DNA of 64,000 bases from Escherichia coli (GCF_041248615.1 NZ_CP158426.1); one strand, 5' to 3'; shown: positions 1-11,558, counted from the first letter of the stretch. Notes: a model not told the origin generated them from the sequence alone. Made by a program: numbers and translations.

Positions 1-882
1 TTCAAGGAAGTGATCAAAAAGAACATGATTGAACTTGGCTGCGGCGGCTGGATGGCTGACTTCGGCGAGTATCTGCCCACCGACACGTACCTGCATAACG
101 GCGTCAGCGCGGAAATTATGCATAACGCCTGGCCCGCGCTGTGGGCGAAATGTAACTACGAAGCCCTTGAAGAAACGGGCAAGCTCGGCGAGATCCTCTT
201 CTTTATGCGCGCCGGTTCTACCGGTAGCCAGAAATACTCCACCATGATGTGGGCGGGCGACCAGAACGTCGACTGGAGTCTCGACGATGGCCTGGCGTCG
301 GTTGTCCCGGCGGCGCTGTCGCTGGCAATGACCGGACATGGCCTGCATCACAGCGACATTGGCGGTTACACCACCCTGTTTGAGATGAAGCGCAGCAAAG
401 AGCTGCTGCTGCGCTGGTGCGATTTCAGCGCCTTCACGCCGATGATGCGCACCCACGAAGGTAACCGTCCTGGCGACAACTGGCAGTTTGACGGCGACGC
501 GGAAACCATCGCCCATTTCGCCCGTATGACCACCGTCTTCACCACCCTGAAACCTTATCTGAAAGAGGCCGTCGCGCTGAATGCGAAGTCCGGTCTGCCG
601 GTCATGCGCCCGCTGTTCCTGCATTACGAAGACGATGCGCACACTTACACCCTGAAATATCAGTACCTGTTAGGTCGCGACATTCTGGTCGCTCCGGTGC
701 ATGAAGAAGGCCGTAGCGACTGGACGCTCTATCTGCCGGAGGATAACTGGCTTCACGTCTGGACGGGTGAAGCGTTCCGGGGCGGGGAAGTTACCGTTAA
801 TGCGCCCATCGGCAAGCCGCCGGTCTTTTATCGCGCCGATAGCGAATGGGCGGCACTGTTCGCGTCGTTAAAAAGCATCTAA
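1..882 (+). CDS. yihQ: sulfoquinovosidase / GH31 alpha-glucosidase family, C-terminal part (5' end upstream of window)
   Basis: ORF open in frame to the window edge, stop at 880-882; GH31-like sequence; synteny with yihP and yihO. Confidence 0.85.
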   Translation, partial: FKEVIKKNMIELGCGGWMADFGEYLPTDTYLHNGVSAEIMHNAWPALWAKCNYEALEETGKLGEILFFMRAGSTGSQKYSTMMWAGDQNVDWSLDDGLASVVPAALSLAMTGHGLHHSDIGGYTTLFEMKRSKELLLRWCDFSAFTPMMRTHEGNRPGDNWQFDGDAETIAHFARMTTVFTTLKPYLKEAVALNAKSGLPVMRPLFLHYEDDAHTYTLKYQYLLGRDILVAPVHEEGRSDWTLYLPEDNWLHVWTGEAFRGGEVTVNAPIGKPPVFYRADSEWAALFASLKSI

Positions 883-906
883 TCACATCCGCCCGTGGGG
901 AAACTC

Positions 907-2313
907 ATGGGCAAAGGGAGAACATCGATGAGTCACATCACAACGGAAGATCCAGCAACTTTACGCCTGCCCTTTAAAGAGAAACTCTCTTACGGTATCG
1001 GCGATCTGGCCTCTAACATCCTGCTGGATATTGGTACGCTTTATCTTTTGAAGTTTTATACCGACGTTCTGGGGCTACCTGGTACCTATGGCGGCATTAT
1101 CTTTTTGATCTCGAAATTCTTTACCGCCTTTACCGATATGGGAACCGGCATCATGTTGGATTCCCGACGCAAGATCGGTCCAAAAGGTAAGTTCCGTCCT
1201 TTTATTCTGTATGCGTCATTCCCGGTCACCTTACTGGCGATCGCCAACTTTGTCGGCACACCGTTTGATGTCACCGGTAAAACGGTGATGGCCACTATTC
1301 TGTTTATGCTTTACGGACTGTTTTTCAGCATGATGAACTGCTCCTACGGCGCAATGGTCCCCGCTATCACCAAAAACCCCAACGAACGCGCCTCACTGGC
1401 GGCATGGCGTCAGGGCGGCGCTACGCTGGGCCTGCTGCTGTGCACGGTGGGATTCGTGCCGGTTATGAATCTTATCGAGGGGAATCAGCAACTTGGCTAT
1501 ATCTTCGCCGCCACGCTGTTTTCACTGTTCGGCCTGCTGTTTATGTGGATCTGCTACTCGGGCGTGAAAGAGCGTTATGTCGAAACCCAACCTGCTAATC
1601 CGGCGCAAAAGCCTGGCCTGTTGCAATCTTTCCGCGCAATTGCCGGTAACCGCCCGCTGTTCATTCTGTGTATTGCTAACCTCTGCACCTTAGGGGCGTT
1701 TAACGTCAAGCTCGCCATTCAGGTTTATTACACCCAGTACGTGCTTAACGATCCCATCCTGTTGTCATATATGGGATTTTTCAGCATGGGCTGTATTTTC
1801 ATCGGCGTGTTCCTGATGCCTGGCGCAGTCAGACGTTTTGGTAAGAAGAAGGTCTATATCGGCGGCCTGCTGATTTGGGTGCTTGGCGATCTGCTCAACT
1901 ATTTCTTTGGCGGCGGTTCGGTCAGCTTCGTGACGTTCTCCTGCCTGGCATTCTTCGGCTCAGCGTTTGTTAACAGCCTGAACTGGGCGCTGGTTTCCGA
2001 CACCGTGGAATATGGCGAATGGCGCACCGGCGTGCGTTCGGAAGGGACGGTCTACACCGGTTTCACCTTCTTTCGCAAAGTTTCTCAGGCGCTGGCTGGT
2101 TTCTTCCCCGGCTGGATGCTGACGCAAATCGGCTATGTGCCGAACGTCGCACAGGCTGACCACACCATTGAAGGGTTGCGCCAGCTGATCTTCATCTACC
2201 CAAGCGCACTGGCAGTAGTCACCATTGTGGCGATGGGTTGCTTCTACAGTCTGAACGAGAAGATGTACGTCCGCATTGTTGAAGAGATAGAAGCCCGTAA
2301 ACGCACGGCGTAA
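907..2313 (+). CDS. yihP: GPH-family sugar:cation symporter (sulfoquinovose cluster)
   Basis: ORF track 895..2313; multi-TM GPH-family sequence, paralog of the next gene; ATG at 907 chosen, alternative ATG at 928 has the better SD (GGGAG 916-920). Confidence 0.8.
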   Translation: MGKGRTSMSHITTEDPATLRLPFKEKLSYGIGDLASNILLDIGTLYLLKFYTDVLGLPGTYGGIIFLISKFFTAFTDMGTGIMLDSRRKIGPKGKFRPFILYASFPVTLLAIANFVGTPFDVTGKTVMATILFMLYGLFFSMMNCSYGAMVPAITKNPNERASLAAWRQGGATLGLLLCTVGFVPVMNLIEGNQQLGYIFAATLFSLFGLLFMWICYSGVKERYVETQPANPAQKPGLLQSFRAIAGNRPLFILCIANLCTLGAFNVKLAIQVYYTQYVLNDPILLSYMGFFSMGCIFIGVFLMPGAVRRFGKKKVYIGGLLIWVLGDLLNYFFGGGSVSFVTFSCLAFFGSAFVNSLNWALVSDTVEYGEWRTGVRSEGTVYTGFTFFRKVSQALAGFFPGWMLTQIGYVPNVAQADHTIEGLRQLIFIYPSALAVVTIVAMGCFYSLNEKMYVRIVEEIEARKRTA

Positions 2314-2355
2314 TTATAATAAACAACGCCCTGCGGGGCGTTATAAGGAGTGATT

Positions 2356-3759
2356 ATGTCTGACCATAATCCACTGACATTAAGACTGAATCTGCGGGAA
2401 AAAATCGCCTATGGTATGGGCGACGTCGGTTCGAATTTAATGCTCTGCATCGGTACTCTGTATCTCCTCAAATTTTATACCGATGAATTAGGGATGCCTG
2501 CTTACTATGGCGGGATTATCTTTCTGGTGGCGAAGTTTTTTACCGCGTTTACCGATATGCTCACCGGATTTTTACTCGACTCGCGGAAAAATATTGGGCC
2601 TAAAGGCAAATTTCGTCCCTTTATTTTATATGCAGCGGTTCCGGCGGCGTTAATTGCAACGCTCCAGTTTATCGCCACCACCTTTAGTTTGCCGGTTAAA
2701 ACGACGATTGCCACCGCACTGTTTATGATGTTTGGACTTTCATACAGTCTGATGAACTGCTCGTATGGTGCGATGATCCCGGCAATTACCAAAAACCCGA
2801 ATGAGCGCGCGCAGCTCGCGGCTTACCGCCAGGGTGGTGCAACCATAGGGCTATTGATTTGTACCGTGGCGTTTATTCCGTTGCAGTCGCTTTTTTCTGA
2901 CTCCACCGTCGGTTATGCCTGCGCGGCACTGATGTTCTCCATTGGTGGCTTTATTTTTATGATGCTGTGCTACAGAGGCGTCAAAGAGCATTATGTGGAC
3001 ACGACGCCAACCGGACATAAAGCCAGTATTCTCAAATCTTTTTGCGCGATATTTCGTAATCCGCCATTGCTGGTTTTGTGCATTGCTAACCTGTGTACCC
3101 TGGCGGCATTTAATATCAAACTGGCGATTCAGGTCTATTACACCCAATATGTGCTGAATGATATTAATTTATTGTCGTGGATGGGATTTTTCAGTATGGG
3201 ATGTATCCTCGTCGGCGTATTACTGGTGCCATTAACTGTAAAATGTTTTGGTAAAAAACAGGTTTATTTAGCTGGCATGGTGCTATGGGCGGTTGGTGAT
3301 ATCCTGAATTATTTCTGGGGAAGTAACTCTTTCACTTTCGTCATGTTCTCTTGTGTCGCCTTTTTTGGCACGGCCTTTGTGAACAGCCTGAACTGGGCGC
3401 TGGTACCAGATACCGTAGATTACGGTGAATGGAAAACCGGTATTCGTGCCGAAGGTTCTGTTTATACCGGTTATACCTTCTTTCGTAAAATTTCTGCCGC
3501 ACTTGCTGGCTTCTTGCCAGGCATTATGCTGACGCAAATCGGTTATGTTCCCAACATCGCGCAAAGTGATGCGACATTACAGGGTTTGCGTCAGCTCATT
3601 TTTATCTGGCCTTGTGCGCTGGCAATTATTGCTGCATTGACGATGGGATTCTTTTACACACTCAATGAAAAACGGTTTGCATTGATTATTGAGGAAATCA
3701 ACCAACGCAAAAATAAAGAGATGGCGACAGAAGAAAAAACAGCTTCCGTAACGTTATAA
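2356..3759 (+). CDS. yihO: GPH-family transporter (sulfoquinovose importer family)
   Basis: ORF track; ATG at 2356 preceded by AAGGAG (2345-2350); protein starts MSDHNPLTLRL. Confidence 0.88.
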   Translation: MSDHNPLTLRLNLREKIAYGMGDVGSNLMLCIGTLYLLKFYTDELGMPAYYGGIIFLVAKFFTAFTDMLTGFLLDSRKNIGPKGKFRPFILYAAVPAALIATLQFIATTFSLPVKTTIATALFMMFGLSYSLMNCSYGAMIPAITKNPNERAQLAAYRQGGATIGLLICTVAFIPLQSLFSDSTVGYACAALMFSIGGFIFMMLCYRGVKEHYVDTTPTGHKASILKSFCAIFRNPPLLVLCIANLCTLAAFNIKLAIQVYYTQYVLNDINLLSWMGFFSMGCILVGVLLVPLTVKCFGKKQVYLAGMVLWAVGDILNYFWGSNSFTFVMFSCVAFFGTAFVNSLNWALVPDTVDYGEWKTGIRAEGSVYTGYTFFRKISAALAGFLPGIMLTQIGYVPNIAQSDATLQGLRQLIFIWPCALAIIAALTMGFFYTLNEKRFALIIEEINQRKNKEMATEEKTASVTL

Positions 3760-3826
3760 ATGTCAATAGCCGCTATTTCCATCCTGGTGGGTGGCGGCCT
3801 CCCTACGTTTAAAAAATGGACTTATT

Positions 3827-4519
3827 ATGAAAAAGATTAATGCAATAATTTTATTATCTTCTCTGACCTCTGCCTCGGTATTTGCTGGCGCATACGTCGA
3901 AAACAGGGAGGCATATAATCTCGCCTCCGATCAGGGCGAGGTTATGCTACGTGTGGGTTATAACTTCGATATGGGCGCGGGTATTATGTTAACCAATACC
4001 TATAACTATCAGCGAGAAGATGAACTAAAACATGGATATAACGAAATCGAAGGTTGGTATCCTTTATTTAAACCAACCGATAAATTAACCATCCAGCCCG
4101 GTGGCTTAATTAATGATAAGAGTATCGGTTCGGGTGGTGCCGTTTATCTGGATGTTAACTACAAATTTACTCCGTGGTTTAACCTGACGGTGCGTAATCG
4201 CTATAACCATAATAATTACAGCTCTACAGATTTGAACGGCGAATTGGATAATAACGACACCTATGAAGTTGGCACCTACTGGAATTTTAAAATCACCGAG
4301 AAATTCTCCTATACATTTGAACCACATTACTTCATGCGAGTAAATGACTTTAATAGCAGCAATGGAAAAGATCATCACTGGGAAATCACTAACACCTTCC
4401 GTTATCGCATTAATGAACACTGGCTCCCTTATTTCGAATTACGCTGGTTAGATCGTAATGTCGAACCGTACCACCGCGAGCAAAACCAGATTCGTATCGG
4501 GACGAAGTATTTCTTCTGA
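3827..4519 (+). CDS. ompL: outer membrane porin OmpL
   Basis: ORF track 3791..4519; ATG at 3827 gives MKKINAIILLSSLTSASVFA signal peptide and a C-terminal aromatic beta-barrel ending (KYFF). Confidence 0.85.
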   Translation: MKKINAIILLSSLTSASVFAGAYVENREAYNLASDQGEVMLRVGYNFDMGAGIMLTNTYNYQREDELKHGYNEIEGWYPLFKPTDKLTIQPGGLINDKSIGSGGAVYLDVNYKFTPWFNLTVRNRYNHNNYSSTDLNGELDNNDTYEVGTYWNFKITEKFSYTFEPHYFMRVNDFNSSNGKDHHWEITNTFRYRINEHWLPYFELRWLDRNVEPYHREQNQIRIGTKYFF

Positions 4520-4528
4520 TGTAAAACT

Positions 4529-4606
4529 GCCGGATGCGGCGAAAACGCCTTATCCGGCCTACGGTTGATACGGTTTCCGTTGGCCGGATTAAGCCACATC
4601 CGGCCA
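4529..4606. repeat. REP / palindromic unit sequences downstream of ompL
   Basis: gccggatgcggcgaaaacgccttatccggcctac matches the REP consensus; a second degenerate palindrome follows. Confidence 0.7.
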
Positions 4607-4610
4607 TTAA

Positions 4611-5876
4611 TTAAGCTTCAGCCGCCAGCATCTCTTTCTTACGTTGGCTAATACGCTTAACCAGCATTACGGAAACCACCGCACCACAGAATGCGAAGCA
4701 GGCCATAATGCCAAACACGATTTTGTAGCCAATAATCCCCGGATTTAAATCCAGAATGTAGCCATACAGACTGAAGCAGAACATCGCCGGGGCGTAACCA
4801 ATAAAGCTACCCAACGCCATCGCCGCGCCTGTTTTATTTTCAGCAATTTTTGCTTCGCCGATAGGTGCAAAAAATACGGCTCGCTGTGTAAAGACTATAG
4901 CGCCAAAGCCCAGCGTACATGCCATCCCTAAATAAACCGGCATACTTTCGTGCGGCAGCATAATCAACAGTACGAGCGCAGCGGTACTGATGATAAAGGT
5001 GTAGCATAGATATTTACTCGGCGATTTCAGGATCTTATCTGAAATCATGCCACCAATCGGTCCACCAATCATTTTCAGACAGTATTGGTTAATGATGCCG
5101 TAAGCCCCCACCAGCGCAACGGGCAATAGATAGATGTTTTTCAGGAATGGAATGAAGAATGTCAGGCCACAGTAAACCGCGTAAACGAAGAAGACGTTGA
5201 AAGCGATAAGCCAGATAGTTTTGTCTTTCAGCACCGAGGTCATACTGGTGTTTTTCGATGCTCCGTCTTCTTTTTTCACCTCAACGGACGGTGCCTCTTC
5301 TTTGTCATTCAGAACAAAGAAAATGATAATGCCTACGGCAATCACAATAAGGGAATAGAACCAGATGCCTGCTTTAAAACCCAATAAGCCACTGCCAAAC
5401 CAGGTAAATACTGCCAACGCAGAAAATGCCACCACGGTATCGACAATGCCACGCCCTGTTTCGAAGAAGCCAAACAACCGACCTTGTTGTTCGCTATTGC
5501 CCAATCGACTTACCGACTTGAGCAAGACCGGCCAGTTCATCATGTCGCAAGTAACGCCAAATAGCGCCCAGACAAAGAGGATGCCCCAATACCCCGGCAT
5601 TGTCGTCAAATAAACACCCAGTAATCCTGTCGCAATGAGTGAGAATGACATGGTGTATCTGCGCGGTAGTTTATCGGCAAAATAAATAGACAGAAAAAAG
5701 CCCACTGTCGTGACAAATGAGTTTACCGACATAGCATTACCAATTTGACCATTGGTCAAATGGAAATATTCCTGCATCGGGATATAAAACGCATCTTTCA
5801 GCGACGGTAATTTATAAATTGTACCGCCACACAATGTTAATAGACTAAATAACGCCCATTTCTTTTTCGTGAGCAT
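4611..5876 (-). CDS. yihN: MFS transporter
   Basis: 421-aa ORF, multi-TM MFS-like; conserved position. Confidence 0.85.
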   Translation of the reverse strand: MLTKKKWALFSLLTLCGGTIYKLPSLKDAFYIPMQEYFHLTNGQIGNAMSVNSFVTTVGFFLSIYFADKLPRRYTMSFSLIATGLLGVYLTTMPGYWGILFVWALFGVTCDMMNWPVLLKSVSRLGNSEQQGRLFGFFETGRGIVDTVVAFSALAVFTWFGSGLLGFKAGIWFYSLIVIAVGIIIFFVLNDKEEAPSVEVKKEDGASKNTSMTSVLKDKTIWLIAFNVFFVYAVYCGLTFFIPFLKNIYLLPVALVGAYGIINQYCLKMIGGPIGGMISDKILKSPSKYLCYTFIISTAALVLLIMLPHESMPVYLGMACTLGFGAIVFTQRAVFFAPIGEAKIAENKTGAAMALGSFIGYAPAMFCFSLYGYILDLNPGIIGYKIVFGIMACFAFCGAVVSVMLVKRISQRKKEMLAAEA

Positions 5877-5977
5877 AACATCCCCTAAGCGATTTTTAAA
5901 ATCACTGTTTTAAAGGCAATAAGATACCGACCATTCATATGGAATGGTTTTATTAACTGCGTATGAGTTAAAACTTA

Positions 5978-6958
5978 TTAGTGGTTCAGAAGATGGTTTG
6001 CCTCTTGTTTGATTTGTTGTAGTACGTTACGCACATGATTTATCTGATTAATTGCATCTTCTTTTTCTTTACGTAACCGCGCATCCAGTAAATGATTTTC
6101 TGGCAATGGTGTTTCACTCATCTGGCGATAAGGGATCCACGGATTATCATCTTCGTCTTCAAAGCGGAACGCCGGCGCATAGTAATCAACCTCTTCTTCC
6201 AGGCCATATGCCGTCACCTGCGGCTCATCATCACCCAGGCAGATAAGGTGCGTTAATAACGCTTTGAACGGCATATCACCCTGACCTGAAATACAGGCTT
6301 TATGACCCAGGCCACCCTCTTCTTTAACGATCAAGGCATCTTTGATATGGACCTGGGTAATATGCGGTGCCATCGTTTTTAAAGCGTCGATGGGATGCTC
6401 ATTTGCATTGATCATGTTCGCAAAATCAAACAGTAAGGAAAGAGATTCCATCTTACTTTCTTTGACCAGCGACACCAGCTCATGGCTTTTTAAATCTTCA
6501 TGCTGTTCGATCGTAAAAGTCAGGCCGCTGTCCTGATACGTTTCCCGTACATAGGCAATGTCGTTAGCGATGATCGATAATACGTCGCGCAAATTACCTT
6601 CATAACGTGGATAAAAACGTACGGACGATGCCCCAGTTTTCAACGCAATGGCGACGGCTTCGTCAATAGATGCCTTATCTGAAGCGCTGGTTTCAATATG
6701 AATATCAAGGTTCAGACGGCGGGCTTTATCCCCAAAGGCAGAGAGTTCTTTATCGTCCATATTACCAAGAGAAAAACGCTCGCCATCTAGAACATGGATT
6801 TTGACGCCACGTAGATTATTTTCACTTGCGATATCAAGTAAATCAGCAGGCAACACTCTTTCCAGCCGCATATTTAAATGAAAGGCATAAGCATGTAAAT
6901 AAAGAGGAAGAGTGTCGACACGTTGTAGAATCTTTCTTGCGTTATTTATTGTCACCAT
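5978..6958 (-). CDS. yihM: sugar phosphate isomerase/epimerase family protein
   Basis: 326-aa ORF; conserved position. Confidence 0.8.
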   Translation of the reverse strand: MVTINNARKILQRVDTLPLYLHAYAFHLNMRLERVLPADLLDIASENNLRGVKIHVLDGERFSLGNMDDKELSAFGDKARRLNLDIHIETSASDKASIDEAVAIALKTGASSVRFYPRYEGNLRDVLSIIANDIAYVRETYQDSGLTFTIEQHEDLKSHELVSLVKESKMESLSLLFDFANMINANEHPIDALKTMAPHITQVHIKDALIVKEEGGLGHKACISGQGDMPFKALLTHLICLGDDEPQVTAYGLEEEVDYYAPAFRFEDEDDNPWIPYRQMSETPLPENHLLDARLRKEKEDAINQINHVRNVLQQIKQEANHLLNH

Positions 6959-6965
6959 AAAACAC

Positions 6966-7676
6966 CTACAGATTAATGATGAGGTCTACGGCCTCAAATC
7001 GCCAATATTCAATATCTATCTGGACAATATTGCCTTGCTGGTCGGCGCGATGCTTTTCAATTAAGATCGCTGGCATACCCGCAGAACCGCCAAGATACTT
7101 GCTGATATCGCCCGGCATTCTGACGGGTTTGAAAATCAATTTTTTTACTACCGTCTCTTTTTGGTAGCACTTTTCCCAGACTGCAGAAAATGAGTGGTTG
7201 TCAAGTTGTTCAATAAAACCCGGAGCAACTTCAGGATTAATATATGTTTCGTGATAGAAAACTTTATGTCCTTCCAGCGCCCCCCAGCCGGTGATGCGAT
7301 AGAGTTCAGTTGATGGTGTCACTGCAATCAGTGGCGCGAGCGTCTCGGGAATATCGCTGGTACGGTTTTTCTCGGTAAACCCCCAGGAAGGCTCTCGTCC
7401 TTGCTCAATTGCGGCCCGCTGAAAGCTCGCTGACAGCTCCGGACTGTAATTAAATCGCGGCTGGGTCACGAACCACCCCTTACGATCCTTACGGAAGATT
7501 TTGGATTCTGCCTCGAGGTTCAACAACGCCTGGCGCAGCGTCATACGTTTAATGCCCAGCAGTTCTCCCAGCTCTCTTTCTGAAGGGAGTTTTCCACCCG
7601 GCGTGGTGATGCCATCTTTCAACCACCGATCCAGTTTCTCTTTTGCATTTTCTACGGTGGATTGATTCTCCGCCAT
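6966..7676 (-). CDS. yihL: GntR-family transcriptional regulator
   Basis: 236-aa ORF; N-terminal HTH (ERELGELLGIKRMTLRQAL); conserved position. Confidence 0.8.
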   Translation of the reverse strand: MAENQSTVENAKEKLDRWLKDGITTPGGKLPSERELGELLGIKRMTLRQALLNLEAESKIFRKDRKGWFVTQPRFNYSPELSASFQRAAIEQGREPSWGFTEKNRTSDIPETLAPLIAVTPSTELYRITGWGALEGHKVFYHETYINPEVAPGFIEQLDNHSFSAVWEKCYQKETVVKKLIFKPVRMPGDISKYLGGSAGMPAILIEKHRADQQGNIVQIDIEYWRFEAVDLIINL

Positions 7677-7892
7677 TGTTTAATCCTTTTGGTTTAAACC
7701 AGATGAAGCATCTTACGCTTACGCCAAAAAAGAAAGCAATTAACGGTGTATGACTTTGCAGATAATTGTGACAAAGCTCTCTATTGACGTAATCACAGAC
7801 TTATAAGGGAGATACTCGCATTGGTGTGCGCTCACGACAGGTAAAAAAAAACCTGCCAGCGATGGCAGGTTTTTTATAACTAAAAAACGAAA

Positions 7893-9716
7893 TTAATCGT
7901 CTTTCGGTGCGCGGTTGGCGCGACGACGATCGTTTTCCGTCAGGTGACGTTTACGAATACGGATAGAGGTCGGAGTCACTTCTACCAGTTCGTCATCATC
8001 GATGAACTCCAGAGCTTGTTCCAGAGTCATGCGGATAGGCGGAACCAGAACAACGGCTTCGTCAGTACCGGAAGCACGCATGTTGGTCAGTTTCTTACCG
8101 GTCAGGCAGTTTACAGTCAGGTCGTTAGAGCGGCTATGAATACCGATAATCTGACCTTCGTAAACTTCTGCACCGTGACCGAGGAACAGCTTACCGCGAT
8201 CCTGCAGACCGAACAGCGCGAACGCTACCGCTTTACCCTGACCGTTAGAGATCAGTACGCCGTTCTGACGCTGACCCACTTCACCCGGACGTACGTCGTC
8301 GTAGTGGCTGAAGGTGGAGTACAGCAGACCCGTACCAGAAGTCATGGTCATGAACTCAGAACGGAAGCCAATCAGACCACGGCTTGGGATCACGTAGTCG
8401 AGACGTACGCGGCCTTTACCGTCTGGATTCATGTTTTTCAGGTCGCCTTTACGTTCGCCCAGCGCCTGCATCACAGAACCCTGATGCTGTTCTTCAACGT
8501 CCAGCGTCACGTTTTCATACGGCTCTTGTTTACGACCGTCGATTTCACGGAAGATTACTTTCGGACGGGATACCGCCAGTTCGAAACCTTCACGACGCAT
8601 GTTTTCGATAAGAACAGACAGGTGCAGTTCGCCACGACCAGAAACGCGGAACGCATCGGCGTCTTCGGTTTCTTCTACGCGCAGCGCAACGTTGTGTACC
8701 AGTTCTTTGTTCAGACGATCCAGGATCTGACGAGACGTTACGAACTTACCTTCTTTACCGCAGAACGGCGAGGTGTTAACGCAAAAGAACATAGAAACGG
8801 TCGGCTCATCAACGGAGAGTGCCGGCAGCGCTTCAACGTTTTGCGTGTCGCAAACGGTGTCAGAAATGTTCAGTTCGCCCAGGCCCGTGATCGCCACGAT
8901 ATCGCCAGCTTCCGCCAGATCGGTTTCAATACGTTCCAGACCGAGGTGGCCCAGCACTTTACCGACTTTCGCGTTACGGGTTTTGCCTTCGCTATCGATG
9001 ATAGTGACCTGCTGGTTCGGCTTCACTTTACCGCGCTTGATGCGGCCAATGCCGATAACGCCAACATAGCTGTTGTAATCGAGCTGAGAAATCTGCATCT
9101 GGAACGGACCGTCAAGGTCAACGTCCGGCGCAGGAACGTGGTCAACAATCGCCTGATACAGCGGGGTCATGTCTTCCGCCATATCTTCGTGGTCCAGACC
9201 CGCGATACCGTTCAGCGCAGAAGCGTAAACGATCGGGAAGTCCAGCTGCTCGTCGGTCGCGTCGAGGTTAACGAACAGATCGAATACCTGATCCACAACC
9301 CAATCAGGACGCGCGCCAGGGCGGTCAACTTTGTTGATAACAACAATCGGCTTCAGGCCGTAAGCAAACGCTTTTTTGGTTACGAAGCGCGTTTGCGGCA
9401 TCGGGCCGTCAAATGCGTCAACCACCAGCAGCACTGAGTCTACCATGGACATTACACGTTCAACTTCACCACCGAAGTCGGCGTGCCCCGGGGTATCAAC
9501 GATGTTGATACGGTAATCATTCCATTTGATAGCGGTGTTTTTCGCGAGGATGGTAATCCCACGCTCTTTCTCCAAATCGTTGGAGTCCATCACGCGCTCT
9601 TGGGTTTCGGCACGAGAGTCGAACGTACCGGATTGTTGGAGCAGCTTGTCTACCAGGGTGGTTTTACCATGGTCTACGTGCGCGATGATGGCGATATTAC
9701 GCAATTTTTCGATCAC
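7893..9716 (-). CDS. typA: ribosome-associated translational GTPase BipA/TypA
   Basis: 607-aa ORF; GTPase motifs AHVDHGKTT and DTPGH; EF-G-like architecture. Confidence 0.95.
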   Translation of the reverse strand: MIEKLRNIAIIAHVDHGKTTLVDKLLQQSGTFDSRAETQERVMDSNDLEKERGITILAKNTAIKWNDYRINIVDTPGHADFGGEVERVMSMVDSVLLVVDAFDGPMPQTRFVTKKAFAYGLKPIVVINKVDRPGARPDWVVDQVFDLFVNLDATDEQLDFPIVYASALNGIAGLDHEDMAEDMTPLYQAIVDHVPAPDVDLDGPFQMQISQLDYNSYVGVIGIGRIKRGKVKPNQQVTIIDSEGKTRNAKVGKVLGHLGLERIETDLAEAGDIVAITGLGELNISDTVCDTQNVEALPALSVDEPTVSMFFCVNTSPFCGKEGKFVTSRQILDRLNKELVHNVALRVEETEDADAFRVSGRGELHLSVLIENMRREGFELAVSRPKVIFREIDGRKQEPYENVTLDVEEQHQGSVMQALGERKGDLKNMNPDGKGRVRLDYVIPSRGLIGFRSEFMTMTSGTGLLYSTFSHYDDVRPGEVGQRQNGVLISNGQGKAVAFALFGLQDRGKLFLGHGAEVYEGQIIGIHSRSNDLTVNCLTGKKLTNMRASGTDEAVVLVPPIRMTLEQALEFIDDDELVEVTPTSIRIRKRHLTENDRRRANRAPKDD

Positions 9717-9867
9717 AACTTTGCCTCAGGCATTAGAAATAGCGCGTTATTGTACACGGATTAATCGCACTACAAAACAGGATCACAAACATCCTCCGCA
9801 AACAAGTATTGCAGAGTCCCTTTGTGATCGCTTTCACGGAGCATAAAAAGGGTTATCCAAAGGTCAT

Positions 9868-9916
9868 TGCACCAATATGGTGCTTAATGTTTCCATTGAA
9901 GCACTATATTGGTGCA
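9868..9916. promoter_or_regulatory. NtrC (NRI) enhancer binding sites upstream of glnA
   Basis: tgcaccaatatggtgc (9868-9883) and gcactatattggtgca (9901-9916) match the TGCACC-N-GGTGCA dyad. Confidence 0.6.
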
Positions 9917-9988
9917 ACATTCACATCATGGTGCAGCCCTTTTGCACGATGTTAAGCATGATAACGCCTTTTAGGGGCAATTTAAAAG

Positions 9989-10005
9989 TTGGCACAGTTT
10001 TCGCT
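9989..10005 (+). promoter_or_regulatory. sigma-54 promoter glnAp2
   Basis: ttGGcacagttttcGCt: GG at 9991-9992 and GC at 10003-10004 with canonical -24/-12 spacing, about 85 bp upstream of the glnA ATG. Confidence 0.65.
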
Positions 10006-10088
10006 TTATCTTTTTTACGGCGACACGGCCAAAATAATTGCAGATTTCGTTACCACGACGACAATGACCAATCCAGGAGAGTTAAAGT

Positions 10089-11498
10089 ATGTCCGCTGAA
10101 CACGTACTGACGATGCTGAACGAGCACGAAGTGAAGTTTGTTGATTTGCGCTTCACCGATACCAAAGGTAAAGAACAGCACGTCACTATCCCTGCTCATC
10201 AGGTGAATGCTGAATTCTTCGAAGAAGGCAAAATGTTTGACGGCTCCTCGATTGGCGGCTGGAAAGGCATTAACGAATCCGACATGGTGCTGATGCCAGA
10301 CGCATCCACCGCAGTGATTGACCCGTTCTTCGCCGATTCTACCCTGATTATCCGTTGCGACATCCTTGAACCTGGCACCCTGCAAGGCTATGACCGTGAC
10401 CCGCGCTCTATTGCGAAGCGCGCCGAAGATTACCTGCGTTCCACTGGCATTGCCGACACCGTACTGTTCGGGCCAGAACCTGAATTCTTCCTGTTCGATG
10501 ACATCCGTTTCGGATCTTCTATCTCCGGTTCCCACGTTGCTATCGACGATATCGAAGGCGCATGGAACTCCTCCACCCAATACGAAGGTGGTAACAAAGG
10601 TCACCGTCCGGCAGTGAAAGGCGGTTACTTCCCGGTTCCGCCGGTAGACTCTGCTCAGGATATTCGTTCTGAAATGTGTCTGGTGATGGAACAGATGGGT
10701 CTGGTGGTTGAAGCCCATCACCACGAAGTAGCGACTGCTGGTCAGAACGAAGTGGCTACCCGCTTCAATACCATGACCAAAAAAGCTGACGAAATTCAGA
10801 TCTACAAATATGTTGTGCACAACGTAGCGCACCGCTTCGGTAAAACTGCGACCTTTATGCCAAAACCGATGTTCGGTGATAACGGCTCCGGTATGCACTG
10901 CCACATGTCGCTGTCTAAAAACGGCGTCAACCTGTTCGCAGGCGACAAATACGCAGGTCTGTCTGAGCAGGCGCTGTACTATATTGGCGGCGTAATCAAA
11001 CACGCGAAAGCGATTAATGCCCTGGCAAACCCGACCACCAACTCTTACAAGCGTCTGGTCCCGGGCTACGAAGCACCGGTAATGCTGGCTTACTCTGCGC
11101 GTAACCGTTCTGCGTCTATCCGTATTCCGGTGGTTTCTTCTCCGAAAGCACGTCGTATCGAAGTACGTTTCCCGGACCCGGCGGCTAACCCGTACCTGTG
11201 CTTTGCTGCCCTGCTGATGGCCGGTCTTGACGGTATCAAGAACAAGATCCATCCGGGCGAAGCAATGGACAAAAACCTGTATGACCTGCCGCCGGAAGAA
11301 GCGAAAGAGATCCCACAGGTTGCTGGTTCTCTGGAAGAAGCACTGAACGAACTGGATCTGGACCGCGAGTTCCTGAAAGCCGGTGGCGTGTTCACGGATG
11401 AAGCGATCGATGCGTACATCGCTCTGCGTCGCGAAGAAGATGACCGCGTGCGTATGACTCCGCATCCGGTAGAGTTTGAGCTGTACTACAGCGTCTAA
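10089..11498 (+). CDS. glnA: glutamine synthetase
   Basis: 469-aa ORF starting [24 protein letters not shown]. Confidence 0.97.
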
Positions 11499-11558
11499 TA
11501 GTTGAAGTTGTACTACCCGGCGCAACAACGCCGGGATTTAGTTGCCGTGGAAACTTTC

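Noticed and set aside
895-906. GTG at 895 as the yihP start (ORF-track start)
   Set aside because: Alternative-codon track start without SD; ATG at 907 or 928 is more plausible. The choice between 907 and 928 remains uncertain.
7944-9437. 497-aa ORF on the + strand
   Set aside because: Lies entirely antisense to typA; long stop-free shadow frame with no start context or recognisable domain.
10050-11528. 492-aa ORF on the - strand
   Set aside because: Antisense to glnA, which is unambiguous; Arg/Val/His-rich low-complexity translation typical of a shadow ORF.
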